Positions 28,877 through 44,249 of a stretch of 64,000 nt of DNA are shown in pieces. Made by a program: the position numbers and the translations under genes. Within the stretch, counting starts at the first letter, position 1. Every line of letters begins with the position of its first letter. The stretch lies in NCBI RefSeq assembly GCF_009914755.1, contig NC_060928.1; one strand, written 5' to 3'. Below the pieces are notes generated by a model. It made no database searches and had not been told where the DNA came from. It saw only the letters and a list, made by a program, of their open reading frames with translations. Source of the DNA: the human T2T-CHM13v2.0 reference genome, Homo sapiens.

Positions 28877-31800
28877 AAACTTGTGTCATGGGGAGTTATT
28901 GTACAGATTATTTCATCACCAAGCTATTAAGCCTAGTGTCCATCAGTTATTTTTTCTGATCCTCTCCCACCTCCTGCCCTCTACCCTCTGATAGCCCCCA
29001 GTGTGTGTTCTTCCCCTCTTTGTGTTCATGTATTCCATGGTGTATATGTACCACATTTTCTTAATCCAGCCTGTCATTGATGGACATTTAGGTTGCTTCC
29101 ATGTCTTTGCTATGTGAATAGTGCTGCAGTGAACATACATGTGTATATGTCTTTAAGGTAGAATGATCTATATTCCTCTGGGTATATACCCAGTAATGGG
29201 ATTGCTGGGTTGAATGGTAGTTCTGTTTTTAGGTGTTTGAGGAATCACCACACTGGCTTCCACATGGTTGAACTAATTTACACTGTCACCAAAAGTGTAT
29301 AAGCATCACTTTTTCTCCAAAACAACACCAGCATCTGTTTTTGACTCCTTAATAATAGCCATTCTGACTAGTGTGAGATGGCATTTCATTGCAGTTTGCA
29401 TTTCTCTAATGATCAATGATGTTGAACTTTTTTTTATGATCATTTGCTGCATGTATGTCTTCTTTTGAAAAGTGTTCATGTCCTTTGTCCACTTTTTAAA
29501 AGGGTTAATTTTTTTTGTAAAAGTGTTTGTTTCTTAAAGATGCTGAATATTAGACCTCTGTCAGATGCATAGTTTGCAAAAATTCTCTCCCATTCTCTAG
29601 GTTGTCTGTTCACTCTGTTGATAGTTTATTTTGCTGTGCAGAAGCTCCTTTGTTTAATTAGATCCTATTTGTCAATTTTTGTTTTGGTTGCAATCGCTTT
29701 TGGCATCTTCTTTGTGAAATATTTGCCCGTGCCTATGTCCTGAATGGTATTGCTAAGGTTGTCTTCCAGGGTTTTTATAAATTTTGGGTTTTACACTGAA
29801 GTATTTAATCTATCTTGAGTTAATTTTCGTATATGGTGTAATGAAGGGGTCCAGTTTCAATCTTCTGCACATGGCTAGCCAGTTATCCCAGCACCATTTA
29901 ATGAATAGGGAATCTTTTCCCCGCTGCTTGTTTTTGTCAAGTTTGTCAAAGATAAAATAGTCGTAGGTGTGCAGCCTTATTTCTGGGTTCTCTATTGTCT
30001 TCCATTGGTCTGTTTGTCTGTTTTCCTACCAGTACCATGCTGTTTGGGTTACTATAGCCCTGAAGTGTAGTTTAAAGTTGGGTAGCATAATGCCTACAGC
30101 TTTGTTCATTTTGCTTAGGATTGTCTTGGCTATTCAAACTCTTTTTTGGTTATATATGAATTTTAAAATAGTTTTTTTTCTAGTTCTGTGAAGAATGTGA
30201 ATGGCAGTTTAGTAGGAATAGCATTGAATCTATAAATTTCTCTCAGCAGTATGGTCATTTTTAAGATGATGATTCTTCCTATCCATGAGCATGGAATGTT
30301 TTTCCATTTGTTTTTGTCATCTCTGATTTCTTTGAGCGGTGGTTTGCAGTTCTTGTAGGGGTAGTTCACCTTCCTGGTTAGCTGTAACCCTAGGTATTTT
30401 ATTCCTTTTGTGGAATTATGAATGGGAGCTTGTTCCTGATTTGGCTTTAGGCTTGCCTGTTGTTGGTGCGTAGGAATGCTAGTAATTTTTGTACATTGAT
30501 TTTATACCTTGAGACTTTGCTAAAGTTGTTAATCAGGTAAAAAGCCTTGGGGCTGAAACTATGGGGTTTTCTAGATATAGGATCATGTCATCTGCAAACA
30601 GGGATAGTTTGACTTCCTCTCTTCCTATTTGTATGCTCTTTATTTCTTTCTCTTGCCTGATTATTCTGGCTAGGACTTTCAATACTATGTTGAATAGGAG
30701 TGGTGAGACAGAGCATTTGTGTTTTGTGCCATCTTTCAAGGGGAATGCTTCCAGCTTTTGCCCATTCAGTATGATGTTGGCTGTGGCTTTATCATAGATG
30801 GCTCTTATTATTTTAAGGTGTGTTCCTTCAGTACCTTGTTTATTGAGAGTTTTTTTAACATGAAGGCATGTTGAATTTTAGTGAAAGCCTTTTCTGCATC
30901 TATTGAGATAGTCATGTGATTTTTGTCTTTAGTTCTATTTATGTGATGAATCACACTTATTGATTTGCATATGTTGACCTAACGTTGCATCTGAGGCATA
31001 AAGTGTACTTGATTGTGGTGGATAAACTTTTTGATGTGCTGCTGGATTCAGTTTGCCATTATTTTGCTAAGGATTTTTGCATCAGTGTTCATCAGGGATA
31101 TTTGCCTGAAGTTTTCTCTTTTTTATTGTGTGTTACTTCCAATTATGTGATCGATTTCAGAGTATCATGTGGCAATGAGAAGAATATATATGCTGCTGTT
31201 TTGGGGTGGAGAGTTCTGTAGATATCAGGTCAATTTGACCCAGTGCTGAGTTCAGGTTCTGAATATTTTTGCTAATTCTCTGTCTTGATTATCTGTCTAA
31301 TATTGTCAGTGGGGTGTTAAAGTCTCCCAATATAATTGTGTGGGAGTCTAAGTCTCTCTGAAGGTCTCTAAGAACTTGCTTTATGAACCTGGGTGCTTCT
31401 GTGTTGGGTGCATATATATTTAGGACAATTAGATCTTCTCATTGAATTGAACCCTTTACATTATGTAATGCCCTTCCTTGTCTTTTTTTTTTTAATCTTT
31501 GTTAATTTAAAGGTCATTTTGTCAGAAATTAGGATTGCAACCACTACTTTTTTTTCTGTTTTCCATTTGCTTGGTAGATTTTTCTCCAACCCTTTGTTTT
31601 GAGCCTATGTGTGTCATTACATGTGAGATGGGTCTTCTGAAGACAGCATAGCAATGGGTCTTGTTTCTTCATCCAGCTTGCCACTCTGTGTCTTTTAATT
31701 GGAACATTTAGCCCATTTACATTTAAAGTTAGTATTGATATGTTTGGATTTGATCCTGTCCTCGTGATGTTAACTGGTTATTTTACAGAGTTGTTTATAT

Positions 31801-32052
31801 TGTTGCTTTATAGTGTCACTGTTCTGTGTATTTCAGTGTGTTTTTGTAGTGGCTGGTGATGATCTTTCCTTTCCATATTTACTGCTTCCTAATTAGGAGC
31901 TCTTGTAAGACAGGCCCGGTGATAACAAATTCCCTAAGCATTTACTTGTGTGAAAAGAATCTTATTTCTCCTTCACTTATGAAGCTTAGTTTGACTGATA
32001 TGAAATTCTGTGTTGAAATTGCTTTTCTTTAAGAATGTTGAATATTGGCTCC
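28877..32052 (-). mobile_element. L1PA13-16-like segment from 3'UTR back into ORF1, with internal deletions near 29030 and 31130
   Basis: Minus ORFs give [48 protein letters not shown] and [13 protein letters not shown]; the last ~60 nt and the poly(A) are absent. Confidence 0.9.
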
Positions 32053-32054
32053 CT

Positions 32055-32236
32055 CTGGAGCTCTTGGGCCTATCGAAGGTTGGAGAATCAGATGGGGAAG
32101 CAGGAAAAATAACTAATGGGTGTTGGCTTAATGCATGGATGATAAAATAATCTAAACAACAAACCCCTATGACACAAGTTTACTTATATAACAAACCTGC
32201 ACATGTACCCCAGAACTTAAAATTAAACTGTAAAAA

Positions 32237-32237
<1 letters not shown>
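32055..32237 (+). mobile_element. L1PA13-16-like 3' terminus in opposite orientation
   Basis: aaataactaatggg...cccctatgacacaagtttacttatataacaaacctgcacatgtaccccagaacttaaaa. Confidence 0.9.

Positions 32238-32239
<2 letters not shown>

Positions 32240-32274
<35 letters not shown>
32240..32274 (+). repeat. (CA)n microsatellite
   Basis: Read directly. Confidence 0.98.
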
Positions 32275-32276
<2 letters not shown>

Positions 32277-32359
32277 AAACCAAAAAGGGTCTCCATAGCT
32301 TCTATTAAAAAATATTACTTAAATAATTGATAACTCAGTTAAAAACTCAGGTACCAATC

Positions 32360-33596
32360 CAATGGTTCTCAAAGTGTTGTCCAATGACCCATGGGGTCTC
32401 TAAAACCCTTTTAGTGGCAAAAAAAAAAAAAAAACTACTAAAAGTTTTGCTTTTCATTGCCATGTATTTATGAGGGGAAAAAAGCTATTTTCATTTAAAA
32501 AATGTCCTTACTGTGCAAAAAAATCCCATTAATTTCATTAAATCTTATCTGCTGAGCACACATTTTTAAATATTCTATTTTATAAAACATGAATTATGCA
32601 TAAAAAATTTCTGCTCCAAACAAAAGTATGGTAATTTTCTAAAGAATAAACACTTGTGCTATTCTTTGGCTTGTGAGCTGAACAAAACATAAAGAACCAT
32701 TTACTTGAAAAATTGACTGACAAAATATTGTTATTTAGACTTGAGTAGGTGACAGACATTGTTTATTTCAAAAACAAATTATATGAGTCTATTATTTCAA
32801 GGAAAACAACTGCCAGTATTTTTTGTGAATGGAAAACTTGTATCTGCCACCATGATCTCGAATGCTTCTCAGTACTAAAAGGCTTTTATTATAAGTTTGG
32901 TGATGATATTAACAGATGTGATGAGGGATACTGTATAATGAAATGTATCAATATTTAGAATATCTTCATATCGCTATTATCAAATTACCAATGTATAGTA
33001 TTATAAAATCATGCATGGATAAAGATACATTTGAAGTGCAAAAGAGACCAATGAATTTTAACATAACTGAATAAAAGTTTTATGGATATGTTTTTAAATT
33101 CCACATTGTAACTAACTCTTATGGAACTACCACTTGTCAAATTGTAGAATGCTTTAAAAGAAAGATTTTCTACAGTTATCTGAAAATGCTACTAAAGTAC
33201 CTTTTCCTTCTTACACTACACATTCATATAAATTTAGATTTATTTTTCCCAACCTCATCTAAAACAGTAGAGCCCAACAGATTTAATTCAGAGGCATATG
33301 TGAGACTACTTAATCATTAAACCACACACTAAAGAGATTTGCAAAATTGTAAAGCAATGCCACTCTTCTCTCTAAATTCTTTTATTTTGGAAGATAGGGG
33401 ACACTTTTTTATTAAAATATGCTATTTGTTTTTATATGTAACCCTTTAATATTTTAAATAATTTAATACATATTTTTACATTTTTGAGTTTTAATTTCTA
33501 AGGTAGGTATTGATAGACATAACTCACGTAAACAAAATTTCTTTGTGTTCTCAATAATTGTAAAGAGTTTAAAGAGGCCTCAAAAGTTCTCTGCTG
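32360..33596 (+). mobile_element. hAT-Charlie DNA transposon (Charlie1a-like) with decayed transposase sequence
   Basis: Left end caatggttctcaaagtgttgtcc...gacccatggggtc; right end gatagacataactcacgtaaacaaaa...ctcaataattgtaaagagtttaaagaggcctc. Confidence 0.8.
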
Positions 33597-33599
33597 TAG

Positions 33600-34170
33600 A
33601 CCAACTTAACAAACAGTTAAAAAGTCTAGTCAAATTGACTTATTTAACAAAGTACCTAACCTAATACTACACATTCTTTAAAAGTATATACATTTAGAAA
33701 AATTAATGAAATGGTGGGTCATAAAGGAACTCTCAACAAATCTCAAGGTACAGAGTACCTTGAACTACAGAGTAGGTTCTTTGATCATGGGAGATTTAAA
33801 CTAAAAATTCATTAGACAATAACCATCATATGTTTAGAAATTAGGAAATGTACTTTACAATAATGTGTGAGTTAGAGGAGAAATCAAATGTTGCTTACAA
33901 ATTATTTAGAACTAAATGGCAATGAAAACAGGGTATATCAAATGTTAGGAGATGCAGCTAAAGCCATAGTGACAGAGGAAATTATAGCCTTAATGCATAT
34001 ATTAGAAAAGAAGAAAAGCTAAAAATTGATGTTAAGCATTAATCTCCAAGTAAGATTAAAAAATGAGGGCAAATCAAAACCCTAACATTTTAGAATGGGA
34101 AAATTAATAGTTTTTTAAAAATTAAAAACAAAATACACAAAGAACCACCTTTGCTCATAAAGCCAAAGGT
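33600..34170 (+). mobile_element. Old L1M ORF2 fragment
   Basis: aatgaaaacagggtatatcaaatgttaggagatgcagctaaagc...gccttaatgcatatattagaaaagaagaaaag. Confidence 0.7.
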
Positions 34171-34171
34171 A

Positions 34172-34605
34172 GTTTTTTAAGTGTAAAGTCTGTCGAGGCA
34201 TAATTTGCATACAGTAAAAGCCACCCTTTTCGAGAAGCAAATTCTATAAATTCTGACAAATACATAGTTATGTAACTAAGCACCTTATTCCCTTACCTCC
34301 CCACCCCCCCCCAATTCCGTTATACGCCTTTATGGTCAGTTTCTTCCCCTTACCAGAGTCCATGACAATCACTCATTTGTTTCCTGTATCTATAACTATA
34401 AATGGAATCATACAATATGCAGACATTCGTGTTTAGCTTCTCAGCACAATGAATTTTAGATCCTTCCATGCTGCTGAATTTATCAATAATTTATTTTTAT
34501 TGCTGAGTTGTATTCCACACTACAGAATGCACCATAGGTTGTTCATCTATTCAGTAGTAGTTAGATATATAAGTAGTTTCCGTATTTTGTTGGTTATGAA
34601 TATAG
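34172..34605 (-). mobile_element. L1M 3' end (L1MB/MC/ME-type)
   Basis: gaggcataatttgcatacagtaaaa...tataaatggaatcatacaatatg...tttttattgctgagttgtattcca. Confidence 0.7.
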
Positions 34606-34950
34606 CCAGGACTGACCTCATGGGCATGTGACCTGTGCAGTTGCAGGATGCCTGCAATCTGAAGAGCCTTATGCCTGGTTTAATGCTCTGCTGTTGCCAT
34701 CTTGAAATTCTTAATAGTTTTATGTTTAAACTTGTGTTTTGTAAATGAAGTCTGATGAGACAACAGAGCATGCGGTAGAGCAGAAGAGATATGTGCAATG
34801 TGTATATCCACTGTCCTTGCTACCTGACTCATGTCCACAATGCCCCATAAGCACAGAATTCTGGTGGGCCTTGATGCTTCGGCATTCAGTGAAACTCAAA
34901 GCAAGTACAACTGTATGTCTACCACTGAAGCAGTGGTGCTGACTGTCCTG
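34606..34950 (+). mobile_element. MER45-family hAT-Tip100 fragment
   Basis: catgggcatgtgacctgtgcagttgca...ggtttaatgctctgctgttgccatcttgaaattcttaata. Confidence 0.75.
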
Positions 34951-35850
34951 CCAAAACTAATATAAGAAATAGAAAACCTGAAAAATTTATTTTTAAAGAA
35001 ATGTATAACAAAAATACTTTTCAGTGAAAATGTCAAATGGCTGTATTCCTGAATTACTCTAAACAGTTAAACAGACATTAATTCCAATTTTGCACATACT
35101 CTTTCAGGAAAAAAAAGTGGAAATACTGTCAAATTCCTTGTATTAGACCAGAATAACATTGACATCTAAACTTAACTATGACTTTTCAAGAAGCGAAAAA
35201 CTGCATGCCAGTCTTACGAACATAAATTTAGAGATCCTAAATAGCATTTAAAAACTGAATCCAGCAATATACAAAAGGAAACTTATGACCTGGTTAGCTT
35301 TATTTCAGTAATGTAAAGCTGGTATGTCAATTCAATAATTAATCAATATAATTCACTATATAAGAAAATTATATAATCATTCCATTGATGCAAATAGAGC
35401 ATTAATAAAATTTAAAATTAATGGAATAAAAATTCAGCAAATTAGGAATTGAAGAAAACTTTCTTAACCTAAAAACTATCTACAAAAAAAAAGAAAAACA
35501 CATATATTATACCTAATTGTGAAATGTTGAAAGAATTTCTTCTGAGATTAAAAATTAGAAATGGATTATTACCACAATTACCCTTTACAGTCAACATTGT
35601 ATGGAGGTAAGAATATTGAATTAAAATAAAATTGCAAAGATTATAATCTATGAAGCAATCTGTCATTATTTGTAAGCTATGTAATTGTTCATGTAAAAAA
35701 ATCCAGAAGAATACACATTATTAGAATAATTGAGTACAACATAGCTGCTGGATATTAAGTCAATATGGAAACATACTAAAAGTATAAAATTTAAACAACA
35801 GTATTTATGAGAACTTCAAAACGTATTTAATGCTAAATCTGTGAATGACA
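34951..35850 (+). mobile_element. Old L1ME ORF2 fragment
   Basis: actgaatccagcaatatacaaaagg, aatcaatataattcac and cagcaaattaggaattgaagaaaactttcttaacct. Confidence 0.7.
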
Positions 35851-35899
35851 TTAGCAAGAGGGCAGAATATAAATTCTCCAGATTGACTTGCTCACCACG

Positions 35900-36205
35900 A
35901 GAGGGCATGGGAAGCTGTTGATCAAAGAGTACAAAGTTTTGGATAGACAAGGGAAACAGGTTTTGAGATGTATTGCACAGGAAGGTGACTGTAGTCAATA
36001 ATAATGCATTGTACATTTCAAAATAACTAATGGAATAAATTTCAAATATCTCACCATAAAAAATGATAGGTAAGAGGGCTGATAAATATGTCAGTTAGCT
36101 TGATTTAATCATTCCACATTGTATACATACATCAAAACATCACAGTGTCCCCCATAAATGTATATTATCATGATTTTTAATAAAAATATTAATAAAAATA
36201 AAATA
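35900..36205 (+). mobile_element. L1MA 3' end
   Basis: ttgatcaaagagtacaaagttt...ggtgactgtagtcaataataatgcattgtac...gatttaatcattccacattgtatac. Confidence 0.85.
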
Positions 36206-36381
36206 CAAAAATAGCTATTATTTCTTGACAAAAAATGCTAAACCTATGAAAATATTTTCAACAGGTTTACTCAGAATACTGTAAGTCCATTTTGAGATAA
36301 CTAAAAGAAGACCTTAATAGAGTAATAAAGTAAGTTCAAGGATCAGCAGGCTCAATATTATACTGACATTAATTCTCTATG

Positions 36382-36950
36382 GTATGTTTACTAGTTTTCT
36401 ATTGCTAAGTAACACATTATGACAAACAACAGATTAAAACAATACCCATTTATTATCTCACAATACTATAGGTTAGAAGTTTGGGCTGGGCTCAACTATG
36501 TTCTCTGTTCAGGATCTTTTGAGACCAAAATTAAATTGTCAGCTACATTCTGAGCTAAAACTCACACAGTTGTTGATATATTTTAGTTTCTTGATGTTAT
36601 AGGACCAAGATCCCTGCTGGCTGCTGGCCATAGTTGCTCTCAGCTCCTACAAGATGATTCTTAGGTCCTAATAGTATGCTATTCTCACAGCATAGCAACT
36701 TGCTTCTTTAAATCCAGCATGTAATTTGCACTATGCTACAATGAAGTCTTACTTAATGTAATGTAAACACGTGTTACTATCCTATCGCATTGCTCATAGA
36801 ACATAACTGAATCAAGGGAGAAACTGTAGCATAATATTCACAAGTCCTGCACATATTCAAGGGGAGAAAATTATACAAGGCATGTATATTAGGAGGTGGT
36901 AATCTTGGGAGCCATCACGGAGTCCAGGAGCAAAGACATCTGCTTACCAC
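36382..36950 (-). mobile_element. MLT1 (E/F-like) MaLR LTR
   Basis: tagttttctattgct...acccatttattatctcaca...attatacaaggcatgtatattaggaggtggtaatcttgggagccatc...tgcttaccaca. Confidence 0.75.
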
Positions 36951-36998
36951 AGCATACAACCCCAATATAAATCCTAAACGTTTCTGAATAAAACACAG

Positions 36999-37370
<372 letters not shown>

Positions 37371-38250
37371 TTAATGTTACTAAACATCAAAACATATTAT
37401 AAAGCAGAAATTTTTCCATAAAAGGGCACTCATTTACTGAAACAATAAGAAATTCACTAATGAAAGGGACATGAGCATCATCAAGACTCTCAGGGGCAGC
37501 TGCCGTCTATTGGCCAGGACTGTGATAGGAGACAATATTACAGAACTAGGTTCCTAGATATCAAGGGTGAGGATGGAATAATAATAAAAAAAAAAAAAGC
37601 ACGGTGCAAAAAAAAAAAAAGGTGCAATTATTCTAATGACTGTTAAGGATGGAGTAAAATTCAAGAATACAGATATGACTTAAAAATGGAGTAGTTTAGC
37701 AAAAATAAATCGGAAGGAAAAGATGCGGGACATTCTCAGCCTATGCATATTGAAAAGATTGAGAAAGCCTGTTTGGGAGAGAGTACTAGGGTTCTGGCTA
37801 AATGACCACTTGATAAGGTGAGCCAACCATGTCAGCAAAAGCCAGGGGTCAGAGATTATCAGGGCTGTCTTTCCCAACACAGGCCCAAACTGCAAGGGCA
37901 TGGAGGACACAGAGGTCTCAAAGTATGGGGTCATGTCTTCAGTTCAAGCAGACTAGGATGCTACTGCCCAGTGCCACAGGGGTAAACACATTCTTTTCTG
38001 TCACTCTAAAGAAGTTGGATCAGAAGTGGTTCACATTCACAAGGTATAGGCAACTGTATGCAATTACGGTTTTATCCCAGGTATATTAACTCTTTCACTC
38101 TATGTTTAATATACTTTTAAAAGGCTTAAACCATTGATTATTCCACATAATATCACATTGGTTCAATATGTTGATCCTTTATGATGATCAGGGTGGATGA
38201 ACAAAAAATAGAAAGCATGCGGTGGGTCATTATAAGACATATGTTCTCCA

Positions 38251-38656
<406 letters not shown>

Positions 38657-38959
38657 TCAGTGAAGGTTTGTAATAGTCCAGAAGTAACAGAATGCAGAGA
38701 CATGCTTGCAAAAGTCGAGGAAAAGTCATCGTGTCATTTACCTTCCACTAATTAAGAAGGAAGCACAACCCCTGGTTAGATTCTTTGGGTTACAGAGGCA
38801 AATACCATTTTGACCCATTTACCTACTGATGTGGAAGGCAGCAGGTTTGAGTGGGACCAGAGTAGGAAAGGACTATTCAGCAAGTCAAGATTATGACAAA
38901 TGCCCCTCTTCTACTTGGGCCAAATAACACAATAGGTCCTGTGATAGGTATCTGTGATT

Positions 38960-39262
<303 letters not shown>

Positions 39263-39980
39263 GTACTGTGGTTGCAAATGACACTTTTGGACTTTATGAC
39301 AAGCCCTAATAAGAGAATCTTAATGTCAGCCCTAGGTTTCTGGAGGAAGGTCCTGCTTTTGGTAGTGGAGAATACACCATTCAAATAACTGCTGGCATGC
39401 TACTACTAACCCTGGTAGAGATGAAATATCTGGTCATAGGATATCAATTGACTATGAGTCCAGAGGGGTCCACCATGTGGTGAGTTCTATTAGATCTACC
39501 ACCAAATCATAAATTTGGGTAAGCTTGGCCACAACCCACTGTAAAACGGAAAAGATACATTCAGGATCAAGAAGGCACAGAGAACACGAGTAAGCTACAT
39601 CATGAAATGGCCCATTCACCTCCAACTCACTCACCTTTGGGCCACCCATGCCTCTCTCTCAACTCAAAATATAGCCACATGTGGGGTGCCTAAAGAGTTT
39701 CTGTTTTTACTTAGATTTGGCTTCTAAGTAGCCTTTACTTCCTGTAAACTCATCAATGTAGTTTAAAGTATGTATTTCATATTTTATGTATTATTTTATT
39801 CATATTTATTGAAACAGTCAGTAAGGGAATGTTCTCTGGCACACTGCTAAAAGTGGAATACCGTTATCTCTCTATAATGCTAAATATAAACAATTAGATT
39901 ATTAGATTACTATATCATGATAATCTAACATGACTGACAAACCAGCATTTTATGTACTGCTTAGTTTATTTTCTTTTCAG

Positions 39981-40018
39981 TTATGCCTTTTGGCCTGCAG
40001 CACTGACAATCTTGAAAG
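39981..40018 (+). other. Candidate exon (38 nt)
   Basis: Acceptor tttattttcttttcag|; donor AAG|GTGAAT. Motif evidence only. Confidence 0.25.
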
Positions 40019-40228
40019 GTGAATTAAAAGATCTGGAAAGGGAATAATGATATATATGACAAAAGAGAGGGAGAACACTTAGATTAGTTTGTTCTTATTT
40101 CAGGGCTCCATAATTCAACAAAACAATCCGTCAGTGTTTGGATAATTAAATCTTTCAAACTAATTTTTGCAAACATAGTTGAAATGTGCTATTAAACATA
40201 TTCATCTTTTGCTTTTATTTCTACCTGA

Positions 40229-40594
<366 letters not shown>

Positions 40595-41053
40595 TAATGC
40601 ATTATTCGATATGTTAAAATATGTGTGTATATATGTACATATTTTTCCATATTTCTATATATTTTATAAGCAAAAAAATGTGAGAATTCACCTACTTATT
40701 TTGAAGTTTCTGAGAAAAGGTAGGTGGCAAGAAATCCAAAGCAAAGCTTAAAACATACTTTTCCTGGTTTTAATAACATTTACAACAGATCCATATTTTA
40801 GGCTATGAAATAAAATTATCATCGCATGAAACAAGTACTTAAAGTTAATATGTTTCTAAGTGTTTTGCAATTATTTTTATTCTAGTAATTTACATAAATA
40901 ATGGGATAACTTAATAAGGATTATCAAATACTCTATTGCAAATTGATGAGAGGGCAAAGAAATAACTAAAATTCTGACTCACTAAATGTACTTTGTATAT
41001 TACCCTGGATGCTAGATTTAACAAATGAATGTCTTTTTAAAAGCATAATTAAG

Positions 41054-41521
<468 letters not shown>

Positions 41522-41648
41522 TCAGTGGGTGCAGCGCACTGTGCACGAGCGGAAGCAGGGCAAGGCATTGCCTCACTCGGGAAGCGCAAGGGGTCAGGGA
41601 GTTCCCTTTCCTAGTCAAAGAAAGGGGTGACAGACAGCACCTGGAAAA

Positions 41649-41831
41649 TCAGGTCACTCCCACCCAAATACTGCGCTTTTCTGACAGGCTTAAAAAACGG
41701 CGCACCAGGAGATTATATTCCGCACCTGGCTGGGAGGGTCCTACGCCCACGGAGTCTCGCTGATTGCTAGCACAGCAGTCTGAGATCAAACTGCAAGGTG
41801 GCAGCAAGGCTGGGGGAGGGGCGCCCACCAT
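41649..41831 (-). pseudogene. ORF0: L1 antisense ORF0, truncated at 60 aa by a premature stop
   Basis: MVGAPPPALLPPCSLISDCCASNQRDSVGVGPSQPGAEYNLLVRRFLSLSEKRSIWVGVT* matches primate L1 ORF0 (normally 71 aa). Confidence 0.85.
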
Positions 41832-42110
41832 TGCCCAGGCTTGCTTAGGTAAACAAAGCAGCCGGGAAGCTCGAACTGGGTGGAGCCCACCACAACTCAA
41901 GGAGGCCTGCCTGCCTCTGTAGGCTCCACCTCTGGGGGCAGGGCACAGACAAACAAAAAGACAGCAGTAACCTCTGCAGACTTAAATGTCCCTGTCTGAC
42001 AGCTTTGAAGAGAGCAGTGGTTCTCCCAGCACGCAGCTGGAGATCTGAGAACGGGCAGACTGCCTCAAAATCAATGTACAAAAATCACAAGCATTCTTAT
42101 ACACCAATAA

Positions 42111-43342
<1,232 letters not shown>

Positions 43343-43909
43343 TTCCTCAGCGATCTAGAACTAGAAATACCATTTGACCCAGCCATCCCATTACTGGGTA
43401 TATACCCAAAGGACTATAAATCAGGCTGCTATAAAGACACATGCACACGTATGTTTATTGCGGCACTATTCACAATAGCAAAGACTTGGAACCAACCCAA
43501 ATGTCCAACAATGATAGACTGGACTAAGAAAATGTGGCACATATACACCATGGAATACTATGCAGCCGTAAAAAAGGATGAGTTCATGTCCTTTGTAGGG
43601 ACATGGATGAAATTGGAAATCATCATTCTCAGTAAACTATCGCAAGAACAAAAAACCAAACACCACATGTTCTCACTCATAGGTGGGAATCGAACAATGA
43701 GAACACATGGACACAGGAAGGGGAACATCACACTCTGGGGACTGTTGTGGGGTAGGGGGAGAGGGGAGGGATAGCATTGGGAGATATACCTAACGCTAGA
43801 TGATGAGTTAGTGGGTGCAGCGCACCAGCATGTCACATGTATACATATGTAACTAACCTGCACATTGTGCACATGTACCCTAAAACTTAAAGTATAACAA
43901 AAAAAAAAA

Positions 43910-44075
43910 GAATAAAAATAAGACTAGAGTCAAAACATTTTACAAAAAATATATATATATATATATATAAATGTATGGCACAGTGAACTGGAAAACATAC
44001 ATGTCTTCTTTTATTTTTGTGAACCCAATGTAAAGTCATCAAATTTTAATAAAGCTGAAAAATCTGAAAAAAAAA
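43910..44075 (+). other. 3' transduced flank of the L1, with its own AATAAA (44048-44053) and A-tract (44067-44075)
   Basis: Lies between the L1 poly(A) and the right TSD aatgtatatgggaagc (44074-44089), which matches the left aatgtgtgtgggaagc (41366-41381). Confidence 0.8.
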
Positions 44076-44249
44076 TGTATATGGGAAGCAAGAGTGATGC
44101 AATCAGATAGATTCTTCATGCTTCATAAAACAATTGTGAATCTTTATTATTTAATGGCCACATAGTACTAGACCAACTGAGGTTACGTCTGCATAAAAGT
44201 GTTTAATTTCACAGTGCTGATAATTGAAATAAATCAAATTTACATGTAT

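Noticed and set aside
42061-42075. L1 junction as a known spliced L1 (SpIRE)
   Set aside because: The junction is not at the known 5'UTR donor near +97 and the removed ends are not sense GT-AG.
43736-43770. G-quadruplex-forming G-tracts (also 58331-58363)
   Set aside because: Standard feature of the L1PA 3'UTR.
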